Of a stretch of DNA of 39,603 bases, positions 26,901 to 36,328 are shown piece after piece. The stretch covers positions 1 to 39,603 of the forward strand of contig JANPOH010000034.1 of assembly GCA_031427895.1 (NCBI GenBank), in the 5' to 3' direction. Below the pieces are notes generated by a model. That model had not been told where the DNA came from, made no database searches, and saw nothing but the letters and a program-made list of their open reading frames with translations. The first letter of the stretch is position 1; each line of letters opens with the position of its first letter. The position numbers and the translations under genes were made by a program. The stretch is from Betaproteobacteria bacterium (lineage in GTDB: Bacteria > Pseudomonadota > Gammaproteobacteria > Burkholderiales > SG8-41).

Positions 26901-27353
26901 TCACAGGTCTACGTACACTTCAAACAAGATGCGTTGCCACGGATTACGCGCTTCGGTGAGTTTGACTATACGCGCCTTCACCGGTGCGCCGCGATCCATC
27001 TGCCGCGCGACATCGGCGTTTTTGCGCCGCGGAATATAACCGAGACGGCTGCCGTTCCATTCGACGCGCACCGCGTTGGCGTCGTGCGGATTATCGCGCT
27101 CGCGCACCAGCGTCAGTGCGTCGCCGGGCTTCATGTCGTCCCAGCGCGCCTTGCCGTCGTAGTATTGAAAACCCGCCAGCGGCGACTGCTGCACGATGAT
27201 GACGGCCTCGGCGTGCGCGACTGCGGGCGCCATCAACGCCATGACAAGCGCGGCAAGGCGCGCGCCCAAAATCAACCGCGACGCAAAGGCGCAAAGACGC
27301 AAGGGTGCCGCAAAGTACGGCGTTGTTGAATTTCCTTTGCGGTGAATTCGCAC
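26901..27353 (-). CDS. HIRAN-domain protein with N-terminal Sec signal peptide
   Basis: C-terminal ~100 aa match the HIRAN pattern (LAGFQYYDG...GDALTLVRERDNPHDANAVRV...RLGYIPRRKNADVARQMDRG). The N-terminus has a hydrophobic core and an AHA-EA cleavage-type site (LAALVMALMAPAVAHA). GTG start; the exact start is uncertain. Confidence 0.75.
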   Translation of the reverse strand: MRIHRKGNSTTPYFAAPLRLCAFASRLILGARLAALVMALMAPAVAHAEAVIIVQQSPLAGFQYYDGKARWDDMKPGDALTLVRERDNPHDANAVRVEWNGSRLGYIPRRKNADVARQMDRGAPVKARIVKLTEARNPWQRILFEVYVDL

Positions 27354-27371
27354 TGGTATTTTATGGACGGA

Positions 27372-27797
27372 CTAAAACGGTTTGACCACGGTAAGCATCA
27401 CCACCAGCAGCAGGATGACGGTCGGCACTTCGTTGAACCAGCGGTACCACACATGCGAGTGCGTATTGCGCCCTTGCTCGAATTTGGCCACCAGGCGTCC
27501 GCAGGCATGGTGATAACCGATCAGCAGAATCACCAGCACGAGTTTCGCGTGCAGCCAGCCGCCGCCGATGCCCGAGTTGAAATACGCCAGCCACAGCCAC
27601 AGGCCGAAGCCCAACGCGCCAACCGCCAGCAGCGTCATGAAGCGATACAGCTTGCGCGCCATGGTGAGCAGACGCGGGAGTGCCGCCGCGTCGCCCGCAT
27701 TTTCCAGCGCCAGATTGACCAGCACGCGCGGCAGATAAAACAGCCCTGCGAACCACGCGATGACAAAAAAGATATGCAGCGCTTTAATCCATAACAT
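27372..27797 (-). CDS. hemJ: Protoporphyrinogen IX oxidase HemJ
   Basis: 141 aa with four TM helices. N-terminus MLWIKALHIFFVIAWFAGLFYLPR is typical of the HemJ/UPF0093 family. Confidence 0.85.
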   Translation of the reverse strand: MLWIKALHIFFVIAWFAGLFYLPRVLVNLALENAGDAAALPRLLTMARKLYRFMTLLAVGALGFGLWLWLAYFNSGIGGGWLHAKLVLVILLIGYHHACGRLVAKFEQGRNTHSHVWYRWFNEVPTVILLLVVMLTVVKPF

Positions 27798-27815
27798 GTT
27801 GTTTTTAAATGCTTT

Positions 27816-28574
27816 TTACTTAAGGATGCGTTTGCGTAATAAATGCCGCGCGACGGCGTAGCTTACACCGGCGTAGAGCGCCAGCACCAGCAGATGCAGC
27901 CCCGCGTGATCGGGCGCGGCGCCGTACATCAGCGGACGCGACAGCGCGACGGCGTGCGTCAGCGGCAGCGCCTGCGCCGCCGCCTGCGCCAGCGCGGGCA
28001 ATTGATCGAGCGGAAAAAACACGCCCGACAGCAACATCATCGGGGTGATCGCCAGCGTGAAGTAGTACATGAAAAAATCGTAGCTCGGCGACAGCGCGGT
28101 GATGATAAGCCCCAATCCGGCGAATACCAGTCCGGTGAGCAGGACGACCGGAATAATCAACAGCGCCGTCGCGGACTGCACCAGCCCCAGCGCGGCGGCA
28201 ACCAGCAGCACCGCGCAACCGGACAGCACGCTCTTGCTCGCCGCCCACACCCATTCGCCCAGCACCACGTCGTCCAGCGACAGCGGCGCGTTGATGATGG
28301 CGTCCCACGTGCGCTGCACGTGCATGCGTGAAAACGCCGAATACATCGCCTCGAAAGACGCGGTGAACATGGTGGACGAACACACCACGCCGCCCGCCAG
28401 AAACGCCACGTAACTTACCCCTTGCATTTGCGGCAGCAGCCCGCCCAGGCCATAACCCAGCCCCAGCATATACAGCATCGGGTCCGCCAGATTGCCCAGC
28501 ATCGAGGGAATGGCGAGCTTGCGCCACACCAGCAGGTTGCGCCGCCATACGTGGATAAAGCGCAGGTTAATCAC
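27816..28574 (-). CDS. ABC-2 type exporter permease (NodJ/YadH-like)
   Basis: GTG at 28574 gives 252 aa ([44 protein letters not shown]), NodJ-like. GTGATTAA overlap with the upstream ATPase stop. The 320-aa ORF-track version is an in-frame extension through the ATPase gene. Confidence 0.85.
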   Translation of the reverse strand: MINLRFIHVWRRNLLVWRKLAIPSMLGNLADPMLYMLGLGYGLGGLLPQMQGVSYVAFLAGGVVCSSTMFTASFEAMYSAFSRMHVQRTWDAIINAPLSLDDVVLGEWVWAASKSVLSGCAVLLVAAALGLVQSATALLIIPVVLLTGLVFAGLGLIITALSPSYDFFMYYFTLAITPMMLLSGVFFPLDQLPALAQAAAQALPLTHAVALSRPLMYGAAPDHAGLHLLVLALYAGVSYAVARHLLRKRILK

Positions 28575-29484
28575 GCAGTTCTCGCCCGGTGAGCTTAAGG
28601 AATACGTCCTCGAGATTCGCGCGCCGGTGCAGGTAACGCACATTGTCGTGACCCGCGCCCGCGAGGCTGGCGACCATCGCATGCGCGTCATGCGTGTAGC
28701 AGAACACGGTCTCACCGTGCTGTTCGCAGCGTTCGGCAAGTTTTTTGCCGTTTGCCGCCGCCCATTCCCCGGCGCCATCGCCGTAGACTTCGAGCACTTC
28801 CGGCTCGATGTTCGCCGCGATCAATTCGCGCGGCGTGCCGATGGAGATAATGCGGCCGTGATCCATGATCGCAAGGCGGTGGCACAGCCGCTCCGCCTCG
28901 TCCATGAAATGCGTGGTGAGCAGCAGGGTTTTGCCGCGCAGCATGAGCTGGCGCAGGCGCTCCCAGATCAGATGCCGCGCCTGCGGGTCAAGACCGGTGG
29001 TCGGCTCGTCGAGAAACAGCAATTCCGGATCGTTAATCAGCGCGCGCGCCAGCGTCAGCCGCCGCTTCATGCCGCCCGACAGTGTCTGGATGCGCGAATC
29101 GGCGCGCGCGGTCAGCTCCGCATACTCAAGCAAATCGGGAATGCGCCGCTCGGCTTCGTCGCGCGTCATGCCGAAATACCGGCCATACACCAGCAGGTTT
29201 TCACGCACGGTGAAGTCAGGGTCGAGATTATCCAGTTGCGGCACCACGCCCACGCGGGCGCGCGCCTCGCGCGCGTGCGTGGCCACGTCGTGATCGAGCA
29301 GGGTGATGCCGCCGCTGTCGGGCTGGGTCAGGCCCAGCACCAGGCGCAAGGTGGTGGTTTTACCCGCGCCGTTGGGGCCGAGCAGGCCGAAGCACTCGCC
29401 GGGCTTGAGCGAAAAATCAACCCCCGCCACCACCTCGCGACCGTCGTATGACTTGCGTAAGCCGTTGACCGTGAGCAGCGTCAT
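28567..29484 (-). CDS. ABC transporter ATP-binding protein (NodI/YadG-like)
   Basis: ATG at 29484 gives 305 aa. Walker [10 protein letters not shown], signature LSGGMKRRL and Walker [17 protein letters not shown] overlap with the upstream hydrolase gene. Confidence 0.92.
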   Translation of the reverse strand: MTLLTVNGLRKSYDGREVVAGVDFSLKPGECFGLLGPNGAGKTTTLRLVLGLTQPDSGGITLLDHDVATHAREARARVGVVPQLDNLDPDFTVRENLLVYGRYFGMTRDEAERRIPDLLEYAELTARADSRIQTLSGGMKRRLTLARALINDPELLFLDEPTTGLDPQARHLIWERLRQLMLRGKTLLLTTHFMDEAERLCHRLAIMDHGRIISIGTPRELIAANIEPEVLEVYGDGAGEWAAANGKKLAERCEQHGETVFCYTHDAHAMVASLAGAGHDNVRYLHRRANLEDVFLKLTGRELRD

Positions 29485-30107
29485 TTGCACCAGCGAGTAA
29501 CGATTTGCGCCAACAAATGCAGGCGGCCATGAAAAAAATGCTCGCCGCCGGGCACCACCACCACGGGCAGATTCCGCGGGCGCGCCCAATCGAGCACCGC
29601 CGCGAGCGGCACTACATCATCCCGCTCGCCGTGAACCACCAGCGTGTTTTCCGGCGCCGACTCGGCGGCATCGTCATGAATGCGATTCACCGCCGGCCCG
29701 ACCAGCACCATGCGCTCGCACGCGATGCGTTTGGCCACGCGCGTCTGCACGAAACCGCCGAACGAAAAACCCGCCAACAGCAAAGTCTGTGTTTGAAAGC
29801 GGGCCTGGGCGTATGCCGCCACCGCGAGCAGGTCATCGGTCTCGCCGATACCCTTGTCGTGTACGCCCTCGCTGGCGCCCACGCCGCGAAAATTCGGGCG
29901 CACGGCGACATAACCCAGGCTGGAGAAAGCGCGCGCCAGCGTGGTCACGACCTTGTTATCTTTAGTGCCGCCCTGCACGGGATTGGGGTGTGCAATCAGC
30001 GCAACGCCGCGCACGGCGGCGCCGGCATCCGCGAGTGCATGGATGTCGGTTTCAAGATTGCCCGCGGGGCCGGGGATCAGCAGGTGCTCGACGGGGCTTG
30101 GGGGCAT
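29481..30107 (-). CDS. Alpha/beta-fold hydrolase (COG2945-like)
   Basis: 208 aa. Nucleophile elbow GFSFGG, plus conserved Asp (GERDDVVP) and His (GGEHFFHG) regions in the order expected for a Ser-Asp-His triad. Confidence 0.8.
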   Translation of the reverse strand: MPPSPVEHLLIPGPAGNLETDIHALADAGAAVRGVALIAHPNPVQGGTKDNKVVTTLARAFSSLGYVAVRPNFRGVGASEGVHDKGIGETDDLLAVAAYAQARFQTQTLLLAGFSFGGFVQTRVAKRIACERMVLVGPAVNRIHDDAAESAPENTLVVHGERDDVVPLAAVLDWARPRNLPVVVVPGGEHFFHGRLHLLAQIVTRWCK

Positions 30108-30166
30108 GGCAAGGTGCGGTGCAGGGTGTGGCGGGTGGTGAGCATGCGCCTAAGGCATCGCGCTTT

Positions 30167-30520
30167 TCATATCTTGAGCCGTTCCACTACCCGTCCATGA
30201 AGCAGATGTTCCTGCACGATTTCGTCCACGTCTTCCTGATCGACGTAGGTGTACCAGACTTCTTCGGGGTAGATCACCATCACCGGACCCTCATCGCAAC
30301 GGTCGAGGCAGCCGGCCATGTTGACGCGCACCTTGCCTTTGCCGTTGAGCTTAAGCGATTTGACTTTATCCTTGGCGTAGTCGCGAATCTTGTTCGCGCC
30401 ATGATTGTTGCAGCAGTTCGCGCCAGCGTCGCGCTGGTTGCAGCAAAAGAAAACATGCCGTTCAAAATAACTCACGAGTGTGGCCTTTGTGGTTGACTTG
30501 GGATTCCAGCATTGCGGCAA
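30167..30520 (-). CDS. Thioredoxin-like [2Fe-2S] ferredoxin-domain protein
   Basis: Cys pattern FFCCNQR...NCCN...AGCLDRCDEGPV is typical of the COG3411 family. The true start is probably GTG at 30475 (VSYFERHVFFC), giving about 102 aa. Confidence 0.8.
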   Translation of the reverse strand: MPQCWNPKSTTKATLVSYFERHVFFCCNQRDAGANCCNNHGANKIRDYAKDKVKSLKLNGKGKVRVNMAGCLDRCDEGPVMVIYPEEVWYTYVDQEDVDEIVQEHLLHGRVVERLKI

Positions 30521-30544
30521 TGGCAGGCGCGCATTATAAGCCGA

Positions 30545-31675
30545 TCACGCCACCCCATCCGCGGAGCGGCGGCGGTTGCCGGCGTCTCGTATCAGGGTGA
30601 CGAGATACGTGAGCGCGAGTAAAGGCCACAGCTCGGACAAGGCGCGCAGCACGGCGGAAAAACTCAGCAAGTGGCTGACCCGGCCGCCGGCCAACCGTGG
30701 CGGCATGTTGAAGTACGGGTTATCCGGCGCGAGGTTGATCGCCGCCAGCGCGCATACGATGCAGCCCAGCGCCAGCCATAAGCGGATGCGATAACCAAAC
30801 GATAGTGCGCCGACCAGCAGCGCCATCACGCCCATGCTAAGGCCGAGCATCACGCCCGGGGTCATCCATGCAAAAGCGCCGCGCGGATACGCCAGCGTGG
30901 CGGTGATGAGCATTTTCAATGCCATGGCGGCAATGAGGAATGCGCCGATGATGATGCCGCGGCGGGCGTTATGCCGCAGCAGCGCGGACAGCATCAGCCC
31001 CAGTCCGAGCAGATTAAAAAACACCACGGCGGCTTCCGCCGACAGCAGCTTGCCCGGCGTGTGAAAAAAATACACCGGCAGATCGAACGTCGCGCGCAGA
31101 TTGCCGGTGCCGAAAATCTGTGTCAGCGGGTCCAGTTGCGTGATAACCCACAACGCCGCGATCAACACGCCGGTTTCGGGAAGCGCGCCGGGACGAAATT
31201 GCCGCTCGCGCCAGGCGATAAGCCGCGCGCCGATGATTTGCGATGGTGAAAACAGCGGCGCCGCCAGCGCGCCGATCAGGCCGCCGGTGCCGTTGGCGAG
31301 CACGTCGACGTTTGACGGGATGCGCGCGGGCAAAAACAACTGCATGCTTTCCATGCCGATGCTGACGGCGGCGGCCAGCAGAGCGCCGAGGATGACCGGC
31401 ATGACAGGGCCGAAAAATTGCCGCAGCCCCAGCGCCAGCATGAAACCGAGCGGCAGGTACGCGATGACATTGCCCACCACGTCATCCAGCGTGATATAAC
31501 GCGGCCACGCTGCGGTGAGAAAACCGTAGAGGTCTTCCGACGGAAAACGCCAGCCGCGAAACGGTTGCAGACTGGCATAGATAATAGTGAGCAGGTAAGC
31601 TAACGCCAGCGCCAACGCCAGCTTATAGACATGCGGTGTTTCCGAGTTGAAATCCGTTTTTGATACAGACGCCAT
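30545..31675 (-). CDS. VanZ-like polytopic membrane protein
   Basis: 376 aa with about 10 TM segments. The N-terminal part has VanZ-type features (SLQPFRGW..., DDVVGNVIAYLPLGFML, ...DVLANGTGGLIGA). Confidence 0.65.
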   Translation of the reverse strand: MASVSKTDFNSETPHVYKLALALALAYLLTIIYASLQPFRGWRFPSEDLYGFLTAAWPRYITLDDVVGNVIAYLPLGFMLALGLRQFFGPVMPVILGALLAAAVSIGMESMQLFLPARIPSNVDVLANGTGGLIGALAAPLFSPSQIIGARLIAWRERQFRPGALPETGVLIAALWVITQLDPLTQIFGTGNLRATFDLPVYFFHTPGKLLSAEAAVVFFNLLGLGLMLSALLRHNARRGIIIGAFLIAAMALKMLITATLAYPRGAFAWMTPGVMLGLSMGVMALLVGALSFGYRIRLWLALGCIVCALAAINLAPDNPYFNMPPRLAGGRVSHLLSFSAVLRALSELWPLLALTYLVTLIRDAGNRRRSADGVA

Positions 31676-32631
31676 TGACCAAATATTACGACATTTTTAA
31701 CGGCGACGCCGACGGCATTTGCGCCTTGCATCAGTTGCGGCTGGATGCGCCGCGTGACGCCGAGCGCATCACCGGCGTCAAGCGCGACGTGACTTTGCTC
31801 GATCGCGTCGATGCCAAGGCGGGCGACGACATCACGGTGCTGGATATTTCGCTCAAGAGCAATGCGGCGGCGCTGGCGAACCTGCTTGCTCGCGGCGTGA
31901 CTTGCCGCTATTTCGATCATCATGCGTCCGGCGTGATTCCCGTGCATCCTGGCCTCACCGCGCATATCGACACCGCTCCCGACATCTGCACCAGTCTGCT
32001 GGTGGATCGCTATCTGTCGGGCCGTCATCGCGTGTGGGCGGTGGTGGCGGCGTTTGGCGACAACCTGGTGGCGGCGGCGCTGCGCGCGGCGCAGCCGCTG
32101 GCGCTCGATCACATCGACCTCGCGCGCCTGCACGAGCTGGGCGATTGCCTGAACTACAACGCCTACGGCGAAACGGTGGATGATCTGCATTACCCGCCGA
32201 CCGATTTATACGAAGCCATCATGCCGTACCGCGATCCGCGCGAATTCATGCTCGATGAGCCGGTGTTCGAGGTGCTCAAGGCAGCGTACAAAGAAGACCT
32301 GTTTCGCGCCGGCGAGATCACGCCGGAATTTGCCAACGACAGCGCCGCGCTGTACGTGTTGCCGGACGCCGCATGGAGCCGTCGCGTGAACGGCATCTTC
32401 GGCAACCGGCTGGCGCAGGAAAACAGCAAACGCGCCCACGCGGTGTTGGTGAGCAAGGCCGGCGGTTACACCGTGAGCGTGCGCGCGCCGTCGTCGAATC
32501 CGCACGGCGCGGATGCCTTGTGCTCACGCTTTGCCGGCGGCGGCGGGCGCAAGGGCGCGGCCGGGATTAACCTGCTGCCGCCCGCGGAACTCGATGCATT
32601 TATTGTTGCCTTCCGTGCGGATTATTTATAA
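31660..32631 (+). CDS. DHH-family phosphoesterase
   Basis: 323 aa. DHH motifs FNGDADGICAL, VLDIS and FDHH. There is no ATG start; TTG at 31660 or TTG at 31675 are the candidates. Confidence 0.75.
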   Translation: MIQTPLTKYYDIFNGDADGICALHQLRLDAPRDAERITGVKRDVTLLDRVDAKAGDDITVLDISLKSNAAALANLLARGVTCRYFDHHASGVIPVHPGLTAHIDTAPDICTSLLVDRYLSGRHRVWAVVAAFGDNLVAAALRAAQPLALDHIDLARLHELGDCLNYNAYGETVDDLHYPPTDLYEAIMPYRDPREFMLDEPVFEVLKAAYKEDLFRAGEITPEFANDSAALYVLPDAAWSRRVNGIFGNRLAQENSKRAHAVLVSKAGGYTVSVRAPSSNPHGADALCSRFAGGGGRKGAAGINLLPPAELDAFIVAFRADYL

Positions 32632-32641
32632 GTATTTGTTT

Positions 32642-33166
32642 TTAAACAATAATTTTAGACTCTCCAGCTCGCAGCAGATCGAGTTCCAGCACGCCGAAGG
32701 CAGTAAGCCACAGCGCGGCGTCCCACGCATCCATCCATTCGCCGCGTGTCAGCCAGATCACCACCCCCACGCCGAGCGTGGCGTAGAGCAACGCGGCAGC
32801 GGTGGTGAACGCAGTGCGATGTGCCGCGACAGCACCCGGTCGCCGCACTTCGATTTCCAGCAACGCGACGACCATCACCCATAGCAACAGATTGGCGGCA
32901 TCCAGCCATTCGCGCTCGCGCACATACAACACGGCGGACGCGGCAATCGCCAGCGTGGCGAGCAGACGCAAGCCGTGATTCGCGGCCCGCATGCGTGGCG
33001 TAAGCCGCGCAGGGCGCCGCCCGGTTTCGAGCAGAAACAAAACCAGCAGCCCATACCATGCCGCGGATTCCAGCGCTTCGCTCAGCCGGCCGGCGGTGAC
33101 GTAATAAATGGTATTGCAGGCCAGCAGCACGAAGAGGGCTGCCTGCACCCGCGCGTAGGGAGACAT
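32642..33166 (-). CDS. Hypothetical six-TM membrane protein built from three ~50-residue repeats
   Basis: 174 aa. Each repeat unit is a helix, then (E)W-DA-x3-LW, then a helix ending LLE/LELD. Its start overlaps the stop of the upstream symporter by one base (TAATG). Confidence 0.6.
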   Translation of the reverse strand: MSPYARVQAALFVLLACNTIYYVTAGRLSEALESAAWYGLLVLFLLETGRRPARLTPRMRAANHGLRLLATLAIAASAVLYVREREWLDAANLLLWVMVVALLEIEVRRPGAVAAHRTAFTTAAALLYATLGVGVVIWLTRGEWMDAWDAALWLTAFGVLELDLLRAGESKIIV

Positions 33167-34707
33167 TAGGTTTTTTGTTGTGTGTCGTCGCCGCGGGGGT
33201 GATCGTGGCTATCGTGATGATGCCCGGTGGCCGGCACGTGATGGGTAAGGCTGGCGGGGTGGGCGTGCGGCGCATGCGCTTCGGGATGCAGCGGCGTGGG
33301 GCGGCCCACGACCTGCGGCAGTAGCGAGCCCAAGGCCATGCCCGCGCCCGCGGCGACAAAGCCCACCAGTTGCGGCAGCCATACCTCGTTATCCGTGCCG
33401 AAAAACTCCAGCAGCACCCAGGTGAAAAATCCGCAACCGATGCTCGCCAGCGCGCCCTGCGTGGTGGCGCGCTTCCAGTACAGCCCCAGAAACAGCGGCC
33501 AGAACGCCGACACCAGCGTGATCTTGTAGGCGTTTTCCACCATCTTGAAAATGCTGGCGGCGGAGTTAAGCGCGAACACGAGCACGATACACGCGAAGCA
33601 CACCAGCACGATACGCATGGTACGCAGAAACACGCGGTCGCTCATGTTCGGAAACGCATTGCGAATAATGTTTTCCGAAAACGCCACCGACGGCGCCAGC
33701 AGCGTGGCGCTGGCGCAACTCATGATCGCCGACAGCAGCGCGCCGAAAAACACCACCTGCGCGAGCAACGGCGTGTGTTGCAGGATCAGCGTGGGCAGTA
33801 TCAATTGCGAATCCCTCGCCAGCAGTTCGGTGAACACCTTGGGGTCCACCAGCGTCGCCGCATAGGCGAGGAACATCGGCACAAAGGCGAACAGAAAATA
33901 GATCGAACCGCCCAGCACCGAGCCGCGCACGGCGGTTTTTTCGTCTTTGGCCGAGGTGATGCGCTGGAATACGTCCTGCTGCGGAATCGAGCCCAGCATC
34001 ATGGTGATCCACGCGCCGATGAAGGGTATCCATGCGGTCATTTTCGCTTCCGGGAAAAAATCGAGCTTGCCTGCGTCGTGTGCATGCGCCACCACCGCGC
34101 CCACGCCGCCGGTCATGCCGGCAATCACGTAACCGATATAGAGCATGCCGCCCATGATGATGGTCATCTGCACAAAGTCGAGAATAGCGACCGAAAACAT
34201 GCCGCCGAAGGTGGTGTAGGTCAGCACGATGGCAGTCCCCAGCACCATGCCCGCGGGCTGGCTGATCGCGCCGCCGGTAACGACAAAAAACACCAGTCCC
34301 AGCGCCTTGATTTGCGCCGCCACCCAGCCGAGATACGAGGCGACGATGGCGAGCGTACACAACACCTCCACCGTGCGGTTGTAGCGCAGCCGGTAATAGT
34401 CGCCGATGGTGAGCAGGTTCAGACGGTAGAGCTTGCCGGCGAAAAACAGCCCGGCGAAAATCAGGCACAGGCTGGAGCCGAAGGGGTCGGCGACCACGCC
34501 GCGCAGGCCATCCTTGACGAAGGTGGCCGAGATGCCGAGCACCGTTTCCGCGCCGAACCAGGTGGCGAATACCGTCGCCATCACGATCGGCAACGGCAGG
34601 CGGCGCCCGGCGACCGCGAAATCCTTGGCGTTATGCACGCGCGTGGCGGCTAACAAGCCGATGGCCAGCGAAATCAATAAATAAATGACGACAAACCAGA
34701 TCAGCAT
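33166..34707 (-). CDS. Sodium:solute symporter (SSF) family transporter with a His-rich C-terminal tail
   Basis: ATG at 34707, preceded by GGAGGG, gives 513 aa. About 13 TM segments. SSF-type N-terminus (KDFAVAGRRLPLPIVMATVFATWFGAETVLG). The 571-aa ORF-track version adds a Cys-rich, non-membrane leader. Confidence 0.88.
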   Translation of the reverse strand: MLIWFVVIYLLISLAIGLLAATRVHNAKDFAVAGRRLPLPIVMATVFATWFGAETVLGISATFVKDGLRGVVADPFGSSLCLIFAGLFFAGKLYRLNLLTIGDYYRLRYNRTVEVLCTLAIVASYLGWVAAQIKALGLVFFVVTGGAISQPAGMVLGTAIVLTYTTFGGMFSVAILDFVQMTIIMGGMLYIGYVIAGMTGGVGAVVAHAHDAGKLDFFPEAKMTAWIPFIGAWITMMLGSIPQQDVFQRITSAKDEKTAVRGSVLGGSIYFLFAFVPMFLAYAATLVDPKVFTELLARDSQLILPTLILQHTPLLAQVVFFGALLSAIMSCASATLLAPSVAFSENIIRNAFPNMSDRVFLRTMRIVLVCFACIVLVFALNSAASIFKMVENAYKITLVSAFWPLFLGLYWKRATTQGALASIGCGFFTWVLLEFFGTDNEVWLPQLVGFVAAGAGMALGSLLPQVVGRPTPLHPEAHAPHAHPASLTHHVPATGHHHDSHDHPRGDDTQQKT

Positions 34708-34747
34708 GGTACGCCCTCCCGGCACGGTAAACGTCGGGATTATAAAG

Positions 34748-36274
34748 CTAGCGCAGTCCGATGAGCAGTGCGACCAACCCCGTGCTGACGGCAAACAAGG
34801 CGGCCAGCAATAGCAGCGTTCGATGCAGTTGCCGCTGTTCATCACGCAGCCGATCCACCTGCTTTTGCAGCGGTGCGACACGATCTTCGCTCAGGACGCG
34901 GTGAATCAGCCGGGGTATTTGCGGCAGCGTGGCCGACCAGAATGGCGCTTCTTCCTGCACCTGGCGGATCAGGGCGCGCCAGCCTACTTGCTCTGACATC
35001 CAGCGTTCCAGGAACGGCTTCGCGGTGGCCCACAGGTCGAGATCGGGATCGAGATCGCGACCCAGACCTTCAATATTAAGCAGCGTTTTTTGCAGCAGCA
35101 CCAGTTGCGGCTGAATTTGCATGTTAAAGCGGCGCGAGGTCTGAAACAAGCGCAGCAGAAGCTTGCCGAAGGAAATATCTTTTAGCGGCTTATCGAAAAT
35201 CGGCTCGCACACCGCGCGTATCGCCGACTCGAAGGCTTCGACGCTGGTGTCGGGCGGCGCCCAGCCGGATTCGATGTGCGCCAGCGCCACGCGGCGGTAA
35301 TCGCGGCGAAAGAAGGCGAGAAAATTGCGCGCGAGATAATGTTTGTCGGTGGGGGTCAAGGCGCCCATGATGCCGAAATCGAGCGCGATGTACTGTCCGC
35401 CGGGCGCGACGAAAATATTCCCCGGATGCATGTCGGCGTGAAAAAAGCCGTCGCGAAACACTTGCGTGAAAAATATTTCCACGCCGTTGCGCGCGAGCTT
35501 CGGGATATCCACGCCCTGTGACCGCAGCGCGCCCACCTGCGACACCGGCGTGCCGCGCATGCGCTGCATCACCATCACTTCGGTGGAGCAATGCTCCCAG
35601 TAAATTTCGGGTACCGCCAGCAGCGGCGAGCCGGAAAAATTACGTCGCAACTGGCTGGCGTTGGACGCCTCGCGCATCAGATCAAGTTCGTCGTCGAGGT
35701 GGCGGGCGAATTCAGCAACGACTTCGTGCGGCTTCAGGCGTTTGCCGTCGGCCCACAGCCACTCCATCAGCGATGCGCCCGCATCCAGCAATTGCAGATC
35801 GTTGCGAATCACGCCGGCGATATTGGGGCGCAAAATTTTGACTGCGGCTTCGCGACCATCATTCAGCTCGGCCAGGTGTACCTGCGCGACGGAGGCGCTG
35901 GCATGGGCGGTGCGGTCAAACGTGCGGAAAATGTCTTTCAGCGGTTTGCCGTGGGCGCGCTCGATGGCCGCCACTGCCGCGTCGCCCGGAAATGGCGGCA
36001 CCTGATCCTGCAACCTGGCGAGCTCATCGGCGATGTCGTCCGGCAGCAGATCGCGCCGCGTGGACAAGATCTGCCCGAACTTGACGAAAATCGGCCCCAG
36101 CGTTTCGAGCGCGCACCTCAGCCGCACCGCGCGCGGCGCGGACAGATCGCGCCAGAACAGCAGCGCACGCAACAGCGTGGGCAACCCGCCCACGCGCTCG
36201 TGGCCGCGCAGAAACTCGTCGAGTCCGAAGCGCAGCGCAACGGAGATGATTTTGATCAGGCGGATGAGGCGCAT
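34748..36274 (-). CDS. ubiB: Ubiquinone biosynthesis regulatory kinase-like protein UbiB
   Basis: 508 aa. ABC1/ADCK kinase-like motifs ([28 protein letters not shown]) and C-terminal TM helices. Confidence 0.95.
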   Translation of the reverse strand: MRLIRLIKIISVALRFGLDEFLRGHERVGGLPTLLRALLFWRDLSAPRAVRLRCALETLGPIFVKFGQILSTRRDLLPDDIADELARLQDQVPPFPGDAAVAAIERAHGKPLKDIFRTFDRTAHASASVAQVHLAELNDGREAAVKILRPNIAGVIRNDLQLLDAGASLMEWLWADGKRLKPHEVVAEFARHLDDELDLMREASNASQLRRNFSGSPLLAVPEIYWEHCSTEVMVMQRMRGTPVSQVGALRSQGVDIPKLARNGVEIFFTQVFRDGFFHADMHPGNIFVAPGGQYIALDFGIMGALTPTDKHYLARNFLAFFRRDYRRVALAHIESGWAPPDTSVEAFESAIRAVCEPIFDKPLKDISFGKLLLRLFQTSRRFNMQIQPQLVLLQKTLLNIEGLGRDLDPDLDLWATAKPFLERWMSEQVGWRALIRQVQEEAPFWSATLPQIPRLIHRVLSEDRVAPLQKQVDRLRDEQRQLHRTLLLLAALFAVSTGLVALLIGLR

Positions 36275-36328
36275 GAGGGGATTTTAACGGCGTGAGCGAA
36301 TGAGCGAGTGAACGCGAGGGTTACGCGT

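Noticed and set aside
30108-30166. G-run-rich spacer (GGTGCGGTGCAGGGTGTGGCGGGTGGTG) as a possible G-quadruplex
   Set aside because: The runs are mostly GG rather than GGG and lie on the non-coding strand. This is too weak to claim.
33370-34653. 427-aa plus-strand ORF
   Set aside because: It is antisense to the SSF symporter. It is extremely Arg/His/Gln-rich with no hydrophobic core.
34708-34881. 58-codon N-terminal extension of the symporter ORF. Similar extensions exist for the ABC ATPase (29485-29589) and permease (28575-28778) ORFs.
   Set aside because: The extensions overlap upstream genes or lack an RBS. The internal starts have SD sequences or classical overlap coupling, and they give family-typical N-termini.
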